Notes: a model not told the origin generated them from the sequence alone. Shown: positions 18,405 to 29,421, counted from the stretch's first letter. The stretch is 64,000 nucleotides of DNA from Cyanobacteria bacterium auto_48_18 (GCA_036170915.1 JAVHQC010000021.1:1-64000), one strand, 5' to 3'. Program-made: numbers and translations.

Positions 18405-20456
18405 ATGCCCAAAGTGCTTGTTTTGCCGGACCATATAGCCAGTCAGATTGCCGCCGGTGAGGTGGTAGAGAGACCTGCGTCAGTGGTTAAAGAATTGGTC
18501 GAAAATTCTATCGACGCCGGCGCCACCGAAATCGAAATTGCCATTTCGCACGATTGCCGCGACATTCGCATTGCCGACAACGGCCATGGAATGGAGCCAG
18601 AGGACGCTGTTTTAGCTTTTCAGCGCCACGCTACATCAAAACTACGCACGGCCGAAGATCTGTGGAGTTTGAACACACTCGGTTTTCGCGGCGAAGCTAT
18701 TCCATCTATAGCTTCGATTTCAAAATTCGTTTGCTATACACGCACTCACGATGCAGCTGTGGGCACACGGGTAGAAACTGCAGACGGCCAACTGAAAGCA
18801 GTGGAAGTCGGTTGCGCCCCCGGCACAGTGATGGAAATTCAAGACCTGTTTTACAACACGCCCGCTCGCTTGAAGTTCATGAAAAAAGCGGCCACAGAGT
18901 TTGGCCACATTGAAGAAACAGTACAGAGCCTGGCAATCAGCTATCCGCAAGTTGCTTTCACTCTACTGAACAACGGCGACGTGGCACTACGCACCTCTGG
19001 TCAAAACGATCTGGCGCGTACCATTGTCGAAGCCAAATTTTTCACCGGCAAAGAACGGCTGGTAGAAGTCATACACGGCTCAGATGCAAGCACCGCTGGT
19101 GGTGCGGAAAAGATTTTGCAGATCAAGGGATACATGGCAAAACCAACGCACTTTAGAGGCGATCGCAAGGGTATTCTCACAATCGTCAACGGTCGCGCGG
19201 TGCGTTGCCCGCTCACTTTAAAGGCACTCGACTATGCCTTTAGCGATTTGATACCGCGAGGTCGATATCCGCTGGCCGTAGTGGTTCTCGAGCTAGATCC
19301 AGGCCAGGTAGACGTCAATATTCATCCGACCAAAAAAGAGTTGAAATACTCTCACGGCAACGAAATTTATCTGACAATACAAAGAGCACTCGGCCGCGCG
19401 CTGCGCGAAGAGTCAATGGCCGCCGCTCAAGCAGCCCGAGCTGAACACGCGAGAATAATTGCTCAAGAGTCGCAAGATTCGCAAGAACCACAAGAGTCTT
19501 CTTTCAGTAGTGTGCCTTTCGATAGCGTTACTTTTGTGCAAGAGACTCCCGCTCGGTCCACAGAGCAAATTAGTTTTCGCGATAGCTTGAGTTATCAAAC
19601 CAGTGCTAAAGAAGCGATACCGCAGGCTTACACTGCGGCTAGCGGCGCTGAGGCCGAATCTTCCTATGCCACTCCCATGCATGCGCCCGCTTTCGGCTCC
19701 CCATATAACCAGGCATCTAACAGTGAGGCACAGTCAACGGCGCAAAGACAATATGCTCTAGAAAAAGAAATCGAAAAAGAACTTTTTGATTATTCCGCCG
19801 ATCCTAAAACGCTGCCTGAAGCTGGCCAGATTTTTCTGCAAATTGCCGAAAGCAGCCCAGAGACTGACTTTTACACCCTGCCCGCCGACTGGAAAATCGT
19901 CGGCTATCTGCACAACACCTATATTTTTGTGGAAACAGCAAAAGGTCTGGAAATTATCGAGCAACACATTGCTCACGAAAGAACGCTGTATGAGCGGCTT
20001 TTAGCCAAGCAGACAACAGCGGGCCGCATCAGCGAAATTTCGCAAAAACTAATTGTCTCGGCTCCGCTGTCTCTCAGCCCCGAACAAATTGAAACCCTGC
20101 GTCTATCACAAAATGCCCTGGCCACTTTAGGCTTTGTCTTTGAGTTTGATGCCGCCGGAAGTGCCTCTGTGACAGAGATTCCACTAGAATTAGCTTCAGT
20201 CAACTATGCGCCTGTGATTCAAAAATTGATTGATGATCTTGCCACCATAGATGCCGCCAACTTAGAGCTGGAAGCTACTAAATCAATTGCTTGCCAGAGT
20301 GCCATTAAAAACGGCATGCCACTAGGACAAAGAGATATTCTCAAACTACTCAGTGATTGGCTTAAAACCGAACGCAACGACACTTGCCCTCACGGCCGCC
20401 CCGTGCGCCTGAAATTCTCTATGGACGACCTATTCCAGATGTTCCACCCGGCCTGA
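18405..20456 (+). CDS. mutL: DNA mismatch repair protein MutL
   Basis: IAAGEVVERPASVVKELVENSIDAGA, GFRGEA, EQHIAHER, CPHGRP. Confidence 0.97.
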   Translation: MPKVLVLPDHIASQIAAGEVVERPASVVKELVENSIDAGATEIEIAISHDCRDIRIADNGHGMEPEDAVLAFQRHATSKLRTAEDLWSLNTLGFRGEAIPSIASISKFVCYTRTHDAAVGTRVETADGQLKAVEVGCAPGTVMEIQDLFYNTPARLKFMKKAATEFGHIEETVQSLAISYPQVAFTLLNNGDVALRTSGQNDLARTIVEAKFFTGKERLVEVIHGSDASTAGGAEKILQIKGYMAKPTHFRGDRKGILTIVNGRAVRCPLTLKALDYAFSDLIPRGRYPLAVVVLELDPGQVDVNIHPTKKELKYSHGNEIYLTIQRALGRALREESMAAAQAARAEHARIIAQESQDSQEPQESSFSSVPFDSVTFVQETPARSTEQISFRDSLSYQTSAKEAIPQAYTAASGAEAESSYATPMHAPAFGSPYNQASNSEAQSTAQRQYALEKEIEKELFDYSADPKTLPEAGQIFLQIAESSPETDFYTLPADWKIVGYLHNTYIFVETAKGLEIIEQHIAHERTLYERLLAKQTTAGRISEISQKLIVSAPLSLSPEQIETLRLSQNALATLGFVFEFDAAGSASVTEIPLELASVNYAPVIQKLIDDLATIDAANLELEATKSIACQSAIKNGMPLGQRDILKLLSDWLKTERNDTCPHGRPVRLKFSMDDLFQMFHPA

Positions 20457-20464
20457 CGTGGTTA

Positions 20465-23400
20465 CTAACCAGGTTTATAACTACCACGGCTTATTAACTG
20501 ATCCAGACGCCGCTTCATCAGTTCATTCATAGTTGGCTCGCGCCTTAATTCCCGAGCGTAAAATTTCACCACATTAGGTGTGAAACTACCAAGGGCAGTC
20601 AAAGCCTCAACCTGCGTCTCCGGATTACCACTGATAGCCTGTTCAAGAAGCGGTTTGATTGCCCGAGAATCCTTGGCAGCGGCCAATTCATGAATGCTCT
20701 GCACCTTGTTTCTACCAGGGCGCTTGAGAGCCGTTATATTGTCATCGAGGTTCTGCTCTTTTTCCATCTGCGTCAATAATTTGTCTACTTGTTTTTCCAA
20801 CAGAGGCGGCATATCTTTGCGAGGTATCTTGCCGAAAAATTGCAACGCTTGCAGTCTATCGCTGCCGCTGAGCTGGCCGGTTCTAATCATGTGATCGAAA
20901 CGACCGATCACTTCCAGACGCAGACCAGGCACATGCTCATAGTTGCGCAATAAAAATCCGGTTTGGGCACGAGTATCACCATTAGTCAAGCGCATGATTT
21001 CGTCAAACACCATCTTGCGACCATCAGGGTCAGCCTGCAAGCGCAATTCTACGAGCTTCTGCATACGGTTGACGTGCGACGGTTTGTCATACATTTGAAT
21101 AAAGTGCTGATACTCAATGAAGCCATTTGAGTAACGAGGCCAATTCTCTGCAATCAGCGGTCTTAACGTCGGGTTGTCGAATGCCTCGCGCAGGGCAAAT
21201 CGCATGCGCGCAGCATTATTGTCGGCGCTCAGTTTTACCATGGCATCAAGGGCAGTAGAAGCCACTGTTTGAACAGTTTCAACCTTGGCTTTAGGGTTTT
21301 GATCAAAGGGATTGAAGGCTTCGTTGAAATCATGCCAATCAGGCCGGGATCGATTAGCAGGATCCATGGCCGCTTTTCGCAACGCACCAATAGCGGTGGC
21401 ATCACCATAAAGGCCAAGCAACTTGGCTGCTGCAGATTTTTGCTCTACAGAACCACCCAGAAGGTGCTTAGTAAGCGCATCTATAGCGAGAGGTCTTGAC
21501 ACTTTATCAACATACTGAATGCGCTCAAAGAGCGCTCGATCTTGCTCGGTCTGATTGGTTCTTTGACGCAGAGTCATAGTTTTCTCAAGAGCAGTGCTCA
21601 GCACCAGAGCCCGCACCGGAGCTTCTTGAGCAAAGATATAGAGGCCATCAGGATCTGAACTCATAAAGTGTTCGCCTTTTGCCACAGCCCAATTTTCATC
21701 GGCATTGCGCGAGGCATGTTCGGAGGCAAAATAAATACTTTCCTCTATGACGTCTGGGTGATTGGGATCGACCTTACGAGCCAGTCTCGTGGCTTTGTGG
21801 TCGAAATTGGGCGCAACTTTGTCCACCACAGAGGCCAGATCAAAAAGTTTGCCCAGTTCTGGCGAAGACCACTTGGTCAAGTGCGCCCACTCATGATTTG
21901 TAATTTCGTGCAAATTGGCGCCACGATTGGGTTGATAATGAGTGATGATGCCATCTTGTGTAACATCGGCTGCTGCTCTAAATTTTGGATCGTTGTATTT
22001 AACTTGATAATACGCATCTTCCACGTCGCGCTTATCTGTCATCAAGACTTCTTTGACCAGACGCGGATTGGGTAATCCTTGCAAGATTGGCACCAGATCT
22101 TCGGGGAGCGCCCTGTTGTAGAGAGGATGTTCAATCGCTGCCTGACCTGATTGAATTATGGGGATAGTTTCTTTGATTTCGGTTGCAGTCAGATATGGTT
22201 CAAGCACAGTAGCATCGCCAGCTTTTAGCTTGGCAGCGATGGCCACCTTGACTGCCATTGGCACTTTGTCATAGGGGCTGGGTTGTTCGTTAATACGCCG
22301 CAAATTACGCATCACATCGAGCTGCTGAGCATATTCATGCGGAACGACAATCTTCATGGACAAACCTTGAACTGAGTAGATGTTGACCTTACGCACTTCT
22401 TTGACGGTCATTTGCTCGAAATAGGCATCGCGATCATAGTCGCCACCTTTCTTTTTCATGTCAGCAAGCTTAGCCACAAACTGTTCATGAGTAACCGGTG
22501 CGTCATCTCTCAAGCGAGTAAAAGTTCGATCTTCGGTTTTGACAAAAGTGAGCTGGTTTTCAAACTCGCGCAAAGTAATGTGCACCGGTGGCTTAAAAGC
22601 CATGGCCTCAAAATTGAAAGGCGGTGTTTCAGCATGATCCTGAAAAGCTGCACTATCGTCGCCTTTATCGCTTTTGTCGGACGTTCTATTTGGTTTCGAC
22701 CGAGAATCTGAGTTACTTTGGTTAAGTCTTTCGCCGACACCATCGTTAAAACCATCGTCAGCATCGATGTGGCGTCTAGTGTCACTTTTCTGAGTTAACG
22801 GAGCAGTGACACGATTGATCCGGGGCTCGAAGGCACCAGTGGCGCCACCAGTGAGAAATCCAATCATTCCACCTTTGAGCGTGGCAGCGAGCACATCCGA
22901 GGCCGAACTGGAGTGCCGTATCGATTCCACTCCACCAAAAACCGCCCCCCCGGCAAAGCCTGAAGAACCGGCAGTAAGGGTATTGCGAACAGTATGAGCG
23001 ATCAGGCTAGATTCGGCACTGCTGCTCAAACTAGACGAAACCACTTTGCCCACCCTGGAGCCGATAGCCCCGGCCGGCATGCCGATCAATCCGCCGGTGG
23101 CAGTACCGACGCCCAGGTTTTCTAAATATTTACTGGTTGAAAAGTGACCATTTTTATCTAAGGCGGTGTCGAATTGAAAGCCCGACTTAACGGCGCCAAA
23201 CGCAGCACCAGAAACTCCATGAACCGCTAATTCAGAGACTAAACCACCACCCAGCGCTTTGCCGGCATTTCGAGCGACCACTCCTTCAGCGCTGCCCAAT
23301 TTGCCGGCCTTATTGAGTAGAGCTCCTTCGGCTACGTTCAAGGCAAAATCTTTAGACCACTCACCGGCGCTCTTATTGCCACTTACGTCTGCCAATAAGA

Positions 23401-23671
23401 CGCCGCGGGCAAGGCCGCCGACGACGGTTTTAAACTTGGGAATGGTGGCAAAGGTATCTGCCGCAATCTCGGCATATTCGTCAGACTTATGGGCCCGGTC
23501 GGCTTTTTCTTCGCGAGTCTTAGCCGAGCCGGCGACGAGATCCCAGACCGTGTTGATGGTTGAACCAGCCAGGGTTTCGCCATGTGCTTGTTCATTCGCC
23601 TGGTCTTGCGACAAGTTAGCGTTAAGTTGACCTATATCTTTGCTGCTGCTCTCAGGTCTTTGCAGAGGCAA
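20465..23671 (-). CDS. Large toxin-like protein: Gly/Ala-rich hydrophobic region + HExxH zincin + HEAT repeats
   Basis: GGLIGMPAGAIG/GFAGGAVFGG tracts; HEWAH at 21881-21895 then ENWA; HEAT-like C-terminus; start uncertain (TTG 23671 or ATG 23815). Confidence 0.65.
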   Translation of the reverse strand: MPLQRPESSSKDIGQLNANLSQDQANEQAHGETLAGSTINTVWDLVAGSAKTREEKADRAHKSDEYAEIAADTFATIPKFKTVVGGLARGVLLADVSGNKSAGEWSKDFALNVAEGALLNKAGKLGSAEGVVARNAGKALGGGLVSELAVHGVSGAAFGAVKSGFQFDTALDKNGHFSTSKYLENLGVGTATGGLIGMPAGAIGSRVGKVVSSSLSSSAESSLIAHTVRNTLTAGSSGFAGGAVFGGVESIRHSSSASDVLAATLKGGMIGFLTGGATGAFEPRINRVTAPLTQKSDTRRHIDADDGFNDGVGERLNQSNSDSRSKPNRTSDKSDKGDDSAAFQDHAETPPFNFEAMAFKPPVHITLREFENQLTFVKTEDRTFTRLRDDAPVTHEQFVAKLADMKKKGGDYDRDAYFEQMTVKEVRKVNIYSVQGLSMKIVVPHEYAQQLDVMRNLRRINEQPSPYDKVPMAVKVAIAAKLKAGDATVLEPYLTATEIKETIPIIQSGQAAIEHPLYNRALPEDLVPILQGLPNPRLVKEVLMTDKRDVEDAYYQVKYNDPKFRAAADVTQDGIITHYQPNRGANLHEITNHEWAHLTKWSSPELGKLFDLASVVDKVAPNFDHKATRLARKVDPNHPDVIEESIYFASEHASRNADENWAVAKGEHFMSSDPDGLYIFAQEAPVRALVLSTALEKTMTLRQRTNQTEQDRALFERIQYVDKVSRPLAIDALTKHLLGGSVEQKSAAAKLLGLYGDATAIGALRKAAMDPANRSRPDWHDFNEAFNPFDQNPKAKVETVQTVASTALDAMVKLSADNNAARMRFALREAFDNPTLRPLIAENWPRYSNGFIEYQHFIQMYDKPSHVNRMQKLVELRLQADPDGRKMVFDEIMRLTNGDTRAQTGFLLRNYEHVPGLRLEVIGRFDHMIRTGQLSGSDRLQALQFFGKIPRKDMPPLLEKQVDKLLTQMEKEQNLDDNITALKRPGRNKVQSIHELAAAKDSRAIKPLLEQAISGNPETQVEALTALGSFTPNVVKFYARELRREPTMNELMKRRLDQLISRGSYKPG

Positions 23672-23881
23672 GACTATCACCCGTAGATACCAGGGCCTCA
23701 CCTGAGCCCCCACGTCTATGTACCCATGATATATACGGGCGAAACTATTATTAGACGCACTGCCTACAAACCGTTCAACCGCCCCTTGCAGGGCGGTTTC
23801 AGAGTTTTCATTCATCTACTCGATAAGGAGGCTAGGCCGAGCTGAACGGTATCTAGAATTAACTAGAAATGCTGCGGGTTC

Positions 23882-24613
23882 TTAGTGATAGGTTCCATTA
23901 TTACCGGCAACGTTGCTTGAAAGCGACATTGGTTGGTCTAAAGCAAACTGAATTCTAGTGTTGCTAGGAATTTTCACGTCCTTGCCTTTTCTCCAGAGGT
24001 TACTGCCGAGACCGACAGCGCCACCAGTGGCGACACCAGCAATAGCACCCACACCAACTGCGCCACCAACGATCGGAGCGAAACAAATGCCAAGCAAAGT
24101 GCCACCGGCTGTCCAGGCAGCGGTTCTCAGCACGCCAGATTTAACACTAGAACTAGTGGTGCGACCTTTGAGATTGCCTTGTTTATCTTGAGCAACTTTT
24201 GCGTTGGGTTGCTCAGCGGTGACCATAGCTGACAACGGATAACGAATACCATCTGGGGTAACAGCACTGGTCAAACGCAGACTCATAGCGCCGTTCTTGC
24301 CACCCAAGCCGCTTTTATCAGCCGAAACCAACTGACCTTCAAGAGTGGTGTTGCCTGGCAATACCAGATCTGAGCCCAAGTAAAGTGGAGAATAAAGTTT
24401 GGCAGTAAAGAGGTCACCAGGTTTAGCAACACTGCTATCAATAGAACTGGTCAATGTGGCATCAAGATTGGTGCCAACAGGAACGTAAGTGACGCGACCC
24501 TGAAGGGCCTGCCCGTTGAAGCTCTGAGCCATGGCAGGCATGCCGCCTGAGAGACCCATAACGCAAGGCAGTAACGCACCAGCGACGATACTATTTAAAA
24601 GAGATTTTTTCAT
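23882..24613 (-). CDS. Secreted TrbI/VirB10-like beta-barrel protein with glycine zipper
   Basis: Signal peptide; VPVGTNLDATLTSSIDS..AKPGD.F.A; GKDVKIPSNT. Confidence 0.7.
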   Translation of the reverse strand: MKKSLLNSIVAGALLPCVMGLSGGMPAMAQSFNGQALQGRVTYVPVGTNLDATLTSSIDSSVAKPGDLFTAKLYSPLYLGSDLVLPGNTTLEGQLVSADKSGLGGKNGAMSLRLTSAVTPDGIRYPLSAMVTAEQPNAKVAQDKQGNLKGRTTSSSVKSGVLRTAAWTAGGTLLGICFAPIVGGAVGVGAIAGVATGGAVGLGSNLWRKGKDVKIPSNTRIQFALDQPMSLSSNVAGNNGTYH

Positions 24614-25280
24614 AAGTCGCTCCTTCAGCGAAGCCTCCAAAATATTGTTAGGGAAGAATAACACGATTAGACAAAATTCAATGTGGTTGAAGTTTTTTCG
24701 ACACCAAAGCTGATGGCATAATTTTTGAATTGTAATATCAAGGGCGGTGCTTGTCTACATTTTATTTGATCAAAATGTGCACCACAGCTGGTGATAATTA
24801 TTAATGATGCCCGTGCCAAGCGCATTGGCGTCACTCATAATCGGCCCGTAATATTTAACATGCAGCGTCTTGACTACCTCCCCTTTGACGCCGCGCATCG
24901 CACAGCTGCGCCAGTTGCTATGAAGAGCGAGGTTCAAGAAAAGCGCATGGCGAAAGCGGTTGTCAGTAGAGGCGAGCCGCATCAGTACCTGCTTTGCTCG
25001 ACTGGGTGGATAGTATGGGACTTGAGCATCGAGAGAAACTAGACAGCCTTAACTTAGAACTTGAATTCTCGCGCGCGCACCTGTTGTTACAGAAGAGAAA
25101 GATCACTAGGGTTGAAATGCACTTTATCTCCCTCTTCTTCACCTAACGCAGAAAACTTTTTTCTAACTCTAAACTCGCCCTAATCACAGCTTCATCCTGT
25201 CCTTCGCAATAAAAGCGCGAAGCTCGTTGAAACTGGATTTTGAGCGAACCGACTCAAGCCAAAACCAAAGGGGCTACGTC

Positions 25281-25580
25281 ATGAACAATTTCGGAAAAAA
25301 TACGATGGGAGGCTTGCTAATAGCTTTCTATCTGATGTGCTTTGCCTTCCCGGCCTCACTCGTTTACAACATGATCAAAGAGCACCTGCCCATTGAACAA
25401 TTCTTGTTCAATCAGGTGATCACTTTTTTCGTCGTCTGGGTGATTGGTTATTTCGTTTCCGAGCTTTATCGCGACCTGCTGGCTAACGCCAACAAACCGC
25501 GCGAACGAGACGAGGATGACTACGATAACCGCAAGCAGAACCTCGACAAGCCTGAAGACACAGACGAGAGCAAGAAGTAA
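25281..25580 (+). CDS. Small 2-TM membrane protein
   Basis: Two hydrophobic segments and a charged tail; AGGGG SD. Confidence 0.7.
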   Translation: MNNFGKNTMGGLLIAFYLMCFAFPASLVYNMIKEHLPIEQFLFNQVITFFVVWVIGYFVSELYRDLLANANKPRERDEDDYDNRKQNLDKPEDTDESKK

Positions 25581-25681
25581 TCACTTCTCAAGCTCACGCT
25601 TAAACAACTGTGCTGCGGTGGAAGATTGAATCTGTTTTGAAAAAAATAGAACAGTCTTTCACCGCCGCCTTTTGCATCTCA

Positions 25682-25707
25682 AAACTGAAACGTGCACGGT
25701 TAAGTTT
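25682..25707. repeat. Palindromic REP-like repeat
   Basis: AAACTGAAACGTGCACGGTTAAGTTT. Confidence 0.75.
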
Positions 25708-25922
25708 ACGAATCATATTTGCCAGGTCAAAAATCAAATTTAAAGAAGTCTGAAAGCCAATATTGCCAAGTCAAAAAGCCAATTATTCAAATTTTTTGCC
25801 TGCACATACTATACAAAGTCGCAGTAACAAGAATGCGAAAACTTACATTGCCGGCTGCGCGCCTGTTATGATCAATCCGTCGATTACTCACGGCATCAGC
25901 AGCCGTTCAGGCAACCATTGAA

Positions 25923-27122
25923 ATGACTAGCACCACCCTTCCGAATGTCGCAGACCTCGCCAATAAGTTTGAAGAGAAAATTCGCTCTTTGCGCCGCCAC
26001 CTTCATCAGCATCCGGAACTGAGTTTTCATGAATCGGGCACTGCCAAGCTCGTTGCCGAAACCATGCGTAAACTAGGATACGCGGTGCAAATCAAAGCAG
26101 GCGGCCTTGGTGTGATTGCAGAGATTGGTGACCCTAGCAAAGGAAAACGCATCGGTCTAAGGGCTGATATGGATGCCCTGCCTATCGAAGAAGACAGTTC
26201 AGCGTCTTATTGCTCGAAAGAAGATGGTGTGATGCACGCCTGCGGTCATGATGTTCACACTGCTTGTGCCATGGGCGCCGCCATGATTTTGGCAGATTTG
26301 CACAAGGCCGGAAATCTACCCGGAGTCGTACGTTTTATTTTTCAGCCGGCAGAAGAAAGCACCAACGAAGACGGAAAAAGCGGCGCCACTTTAATGATTG
26401 AAGGCGGCGCAATCCAAAATCTGGCTGGCGTTTTCGGCTTTCATGTCTTTCCTGATTTGCCCGTGGGCACCATTGGTTTGCGTTCAGGATCTTTTTTAGC
26501 CGCATGCGACAAATTTGATATCACAATTAAGGGGAAAGGCTGTCATGGCGCTTTTCCGCAAGACGGCATTGACGCCATTGTTCTGGCATCGCAGGCGGTG
26601 CAAATGATTCAGACCATTATTTCGCGTCGCAAGTCGGCTCTAAGCCCTTGTGTATTAACCCTTGGCGGCATTAAGAGCAGCACTTACAAATCAAATATCA
26701 TTGCCGACGAAGTGCAATTAACGGGTACGGCCCGCTATTTTGAACCTGAAGTTTCTGCCCAAATAAAAACTGAGCTTATCCGCGCGCTCTCTGTAGTTGA
26801 GACCATGGGCGGCAGCTTTGAACTGGATTACATTACTGAAAATCCACCGCTTGTAAACGACGAAGACTTAATCGCTATTGCCAGAGAAGCTGCTCTCAAA
26901 TTAGTTGACCGCAGCGCTATCATCGACCTGAACCAACAAATGGGTGCCGAAGATTTCAGCTTTTACTGTGAAGCAGTACCCAGTTGCTTTATTATTCTTG
27001 GCTGCGAAATCGCTGGTGATAAAAGGGCGCTGCATACTCCGCGCTTCGACGTCGACGAAAAGTGCCTGGCACTGGGAGCTTCGCTGCTGGCCCAATCAGC
27101 TCTGGAGTTTCTTACTCAGTAA
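25923..27122 (+). CDS. M20D family amidohydrolase
   Basis: HPELSFHE, LRADMDALP, MHACGHD, FQPAEE, AEDFS, LHTPRF. Confidence 0.93.
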   Translation: MTSTTLPNVADLANKFEEKIRSLRRHLHQHPELSFHESGTAKLVAETMRKLGYAVQIKAGGLGVIAEIGDPSKGKRIGLRADMDALPIEEDSSASYCSKEDGVMHACGHDVHTACAMGAAMILADLHKAGNLPGVVRFIFQPAEESTNEDGKSGATLMIEGGAIQNLAGVFGFHVFPDLPVGTIGLRSGSFLAACDKFDITIKGKGCHGAFPQDGIDAIVLASQAVQMIQTIISRRKSALSPCVLTLGGIKSSTYKSNIIADEVQLTGTARYFEPEVSAQIKTELIRALSVVETMGGSFELDYITENPPLVNDEDLIAIAREAALKLVDRSAIIDLNQQMGAEDFSFYCEAVPSCFIILGCEIAGDKRALHTPRFDVDEKCLALGASLLAQSALEFLTQ

Positions 27123-27364
27123 ACAGTTTTCAATATGAACGAGCTGCGCCATTCTTGATTTGAATGACGCCACATTTGTGAGCCAAATAAAACCGGATTG
27201 AGCCTGAAAAGACTGTCATACCCTGGCCCCAGACGGTTAGGGTCTGGCAGTCACCTATCTCTCTTCTAAAAACAAAAGCAGCCATTCTCTAATTTCTCAA
27301 ACCAACAAGCACTAGAAACCTCATCGCTTTGCAAAAAACGAGCGAGAGTTACGGGAGCACGTCT

Positions 27365-28333
27365 ATGGACATGTCTATAAACACTAGAAAACATCTGGTC
27401 TACTCGCCGCTGTATCAGTCAGACCTGACTGTGCTCGGCTCTAATATCGAATTTGCTGCCGACCGTGGTGCCCGAGTTTTGAGCGAGCTGGCCAGAGAAA
27501 TGTCGCCCGGCGCTGAACTCAAATATCGCAAACCGCAGATGCTCACTTTTAAGCAAATGCGACGCACTCACGACGAAACATATCTCGACAGCCTGAAACT
27601 TCCATCCACCTGGGCTGCGGTTTTCGGCGTGAGCACTGTTCTGCCCAGCAACGGTCACACCAGCAAAGTCTTGCGCAAATTGCTCAACGACTATCGCCTC
27701 AAATCTGGTGGGACATTGCTGGCGGCGCGCATGGCTCTGCAAAACGGTCTGGCAGCCAATCTTGGCGGCGGTTATCATCATGCCCATCGTGACCGCGGTG
27801 ATGGATATTGCGTGCTGAACGACATTGCTATGACCGTGCACAATCTGCGCGCCGAAAAGCTTGCTGACAAAGTCATGGTTATAGATCTTGACTTTCACCA
27901 GGGCAACGGCGTCAGCACAATTTTCGAAGGCGACAGCAAAGTCTTTACTCTCGATTTTCATGCTTTTGAGGCCTGGCCCATGCACAAGCAGAAATGCTCA
28001 CTGGCTGTGGCAATACGCAAGCACGAAGCAGGAATGTACAACGAGAAATTGAAGGAGGCCCTGGCGCAAGCACTGAAATCATTTCAGCCTGACCTGGTGA
28101 TTTTCGTGCATGGTGCCGACGCCTACGAACATGGTCTGCGCAATCGCGGCGAAGGATTCGCTCTTACTCTGGAACAGATGAAAGAGCGCGATCGCCTGGT
28201 TATCGATTGTTTTGCCGACCGACATATTCCACTGGCTCTTTGCTTTGCCGGCGGATACGGTAATCGCGCCTGGGAAGCTCACTATCTGGGTGTGCGCCAT
28301 TTGCTGGCACGAGCGGCAGATTACTTCGTCTAA
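27365..28333 (+). CDS. Histone deacetylase family (Zn-dependent deacylase)
   Basis: GGGYHHA, GYCVLND, IDLDFHQGNG, GAD, GGY. Confidence 0.92.
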   Translation: MDMSINTRKHLVYSPLYQSDLTVLGSNIEFAADRGARVLSELAREMSPGAELKYRKPQMLTFKQMRRTHDETYLDSLKLPSTWAAVFGVSTVLPSNGHTSKVLRKLLNDYRLKSGGTLLAARMALQNGLAANLGGGYHHAHRDRGDGYCVLNDIAMTVHNLRAEKLADKVMVIDLDFHQGNGVSTIFEGDSKVFTLDFHAFEAWPMHKQKCSLAVAIRKHEAGMYNEKLKEALAQALKSFQPDLVIFVHGADAYEHGLRNRGEGFALTLEQMKERDRLVIDCFADRHIPLALCFAGGYGNRAWEAHYLGVRHLLARAADYFV

Positions 28334-28338
28334 TATTT

Positions 28339-28399
28339 TCTTGTATGCAAGGAGCTTCAGCACTGTGGTGTTTGAGGCTCCTTGCTGCAAGATTTTTTT
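28339..28399 (+). terminator. Intrinsic terminator after HDAC gene
   Basis: GCAAGGAGCTTCA...TGAGGCTCCTTGC followed by T7. Confidence 0.8.
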
Positions 28400-28452
28400 G
28401 CTGGCAATTGTGACATGGTATAGTAAAGAAATGACTAGCCGTTGTCTTCTGA

Positions 28453-28478
28453 AAACTAAAACGTGCACGTTTCAGTTT
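28453..28478. repeat. Palindromic REP-like repeat
   Basis: AAACTAAAACGTGCACGTTTCAGTTT between convergent genes. Confidence 0.8.
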
Positions 28479-28555
28479 GGAGAAGATTAAAAGCACCCGG
28501 TGTAGTTTTTAAAACTGTAGCGTAAACGGTTGAGGCAAAAGAGTTGGTATGAATC

Positions 28556-29023
28556 TTAAACCGGAGACTCGCTAGCTTTCTCTTCTTTACCTGCGTCAAA
28601 ATCTTTTTTGAAATGCCAGCGCAAATTAGATATGTCGGGCGACTTGCTCAAAACTTCATGCAACTGCAGTAATGCTGCGGGCGGAATATTTTTGTCACGG
28701 GCCCCTACGAGACCAGCAAAAAATCCGGTGTTGCGCTCGATCCAGAGCACCCAGACGGCCGGGTCGTCACCATCAGCCTCACGTAAAAGACAAACGCAGC
28801 AATATTCAGCCTTGTCTAAAACAAAGTTGAAATACCAACCGAAGTCTTCCTGACCAGGAGCCGGATCGCAGTCAATTCCTTCCATCTGCAGTTTGCCGAT
28901 AATCCACTGGCAGAGATCGTCGCCAAAACAACCTGGGTTAATGAAATGTTCTTGTGTCTGGTCGACATTGAACTTTTCAGATTGGAAGGTGGCAACAGTG
29001 CGCGGACTAGGCATTTGATCCAT
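28556..29023 (-). CDS. Hypothetical protein
   Basis: 155 aa; FINPGCFGDDL..W, GQEDFGWYF. Confidence 0.75.
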   Translation of the reverse strand: MDQMPSPRTVATFQSEKFNVDQTQEHFINPGCFGDDLCQWIIGKLQMEGIDCDPAPGQEDFGWYFNFVLDKAEYCCVCLLREADGDDPAVWVLWIERNTGFFAGLVGARDKNIPPAALLQLHEVLSKSPDISNLRWHFKKDFDAGKEEKASESPV

Positions 29024-29055
29024 TTGCCTATTATAGCCTTTGTACCGCGCGAAAT

Positions 29056-29421
29056 TTACTTACAATCAGTACCGCTGATTTCAATGTAAGCGCCGGTTCT
29101 ATCTTGGTTCACTGTCATTTTGCACAAACCTGCTGGGTTCTGGCTCTCAGCAGCTTTAGACATACTATTCCATAAAGTTTTTTCTTCTGCGACGACCTTG
29201 TCAAACAATGTCATGGCTGCGGCCATAGCTGGCCCGTCGCCGCTATTAACTTTGTCAGAATTTTGATCCATAAACTTGGCATAGTCACTGTCCATGACCA
29301 GATTGGTGGTACAGACATTAATCAAGCCTACCGCTTCTGAGCGGTTTCCGGCATTTAGTTCTGTGGCGATGTTATCAATCTGTTCTTTTGAGCAAATTTT
29401 GTCGTTCATGCAAAATGTCAC
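29056..29421 (-). CDS. Hypothetical protein
   Basis: 121 aa ORF; start uncertain. Confidence 0.55.
   Translation of the reverse strand: MTFCMNDKICSKEQIDNIATELNAGNRSEAVGLINVCTTNLVMDSDYAKFMDQNSDKVNSGDGPAMAAAMTLFDKVVAEEKTLWNSMSKAAESQNPAGLCKMTVNQDRTGAYIEISGTDCK

Noticed and set aside
23882..24613. Type IV secretion or conjugation locus
   Set aside because: Isolated VirB10-like domain with no other T4SS genes
24791..25042. 83 aa ORF
   Set aside because: No clear SD or recognisable motif; cannot be supported, though not excluded
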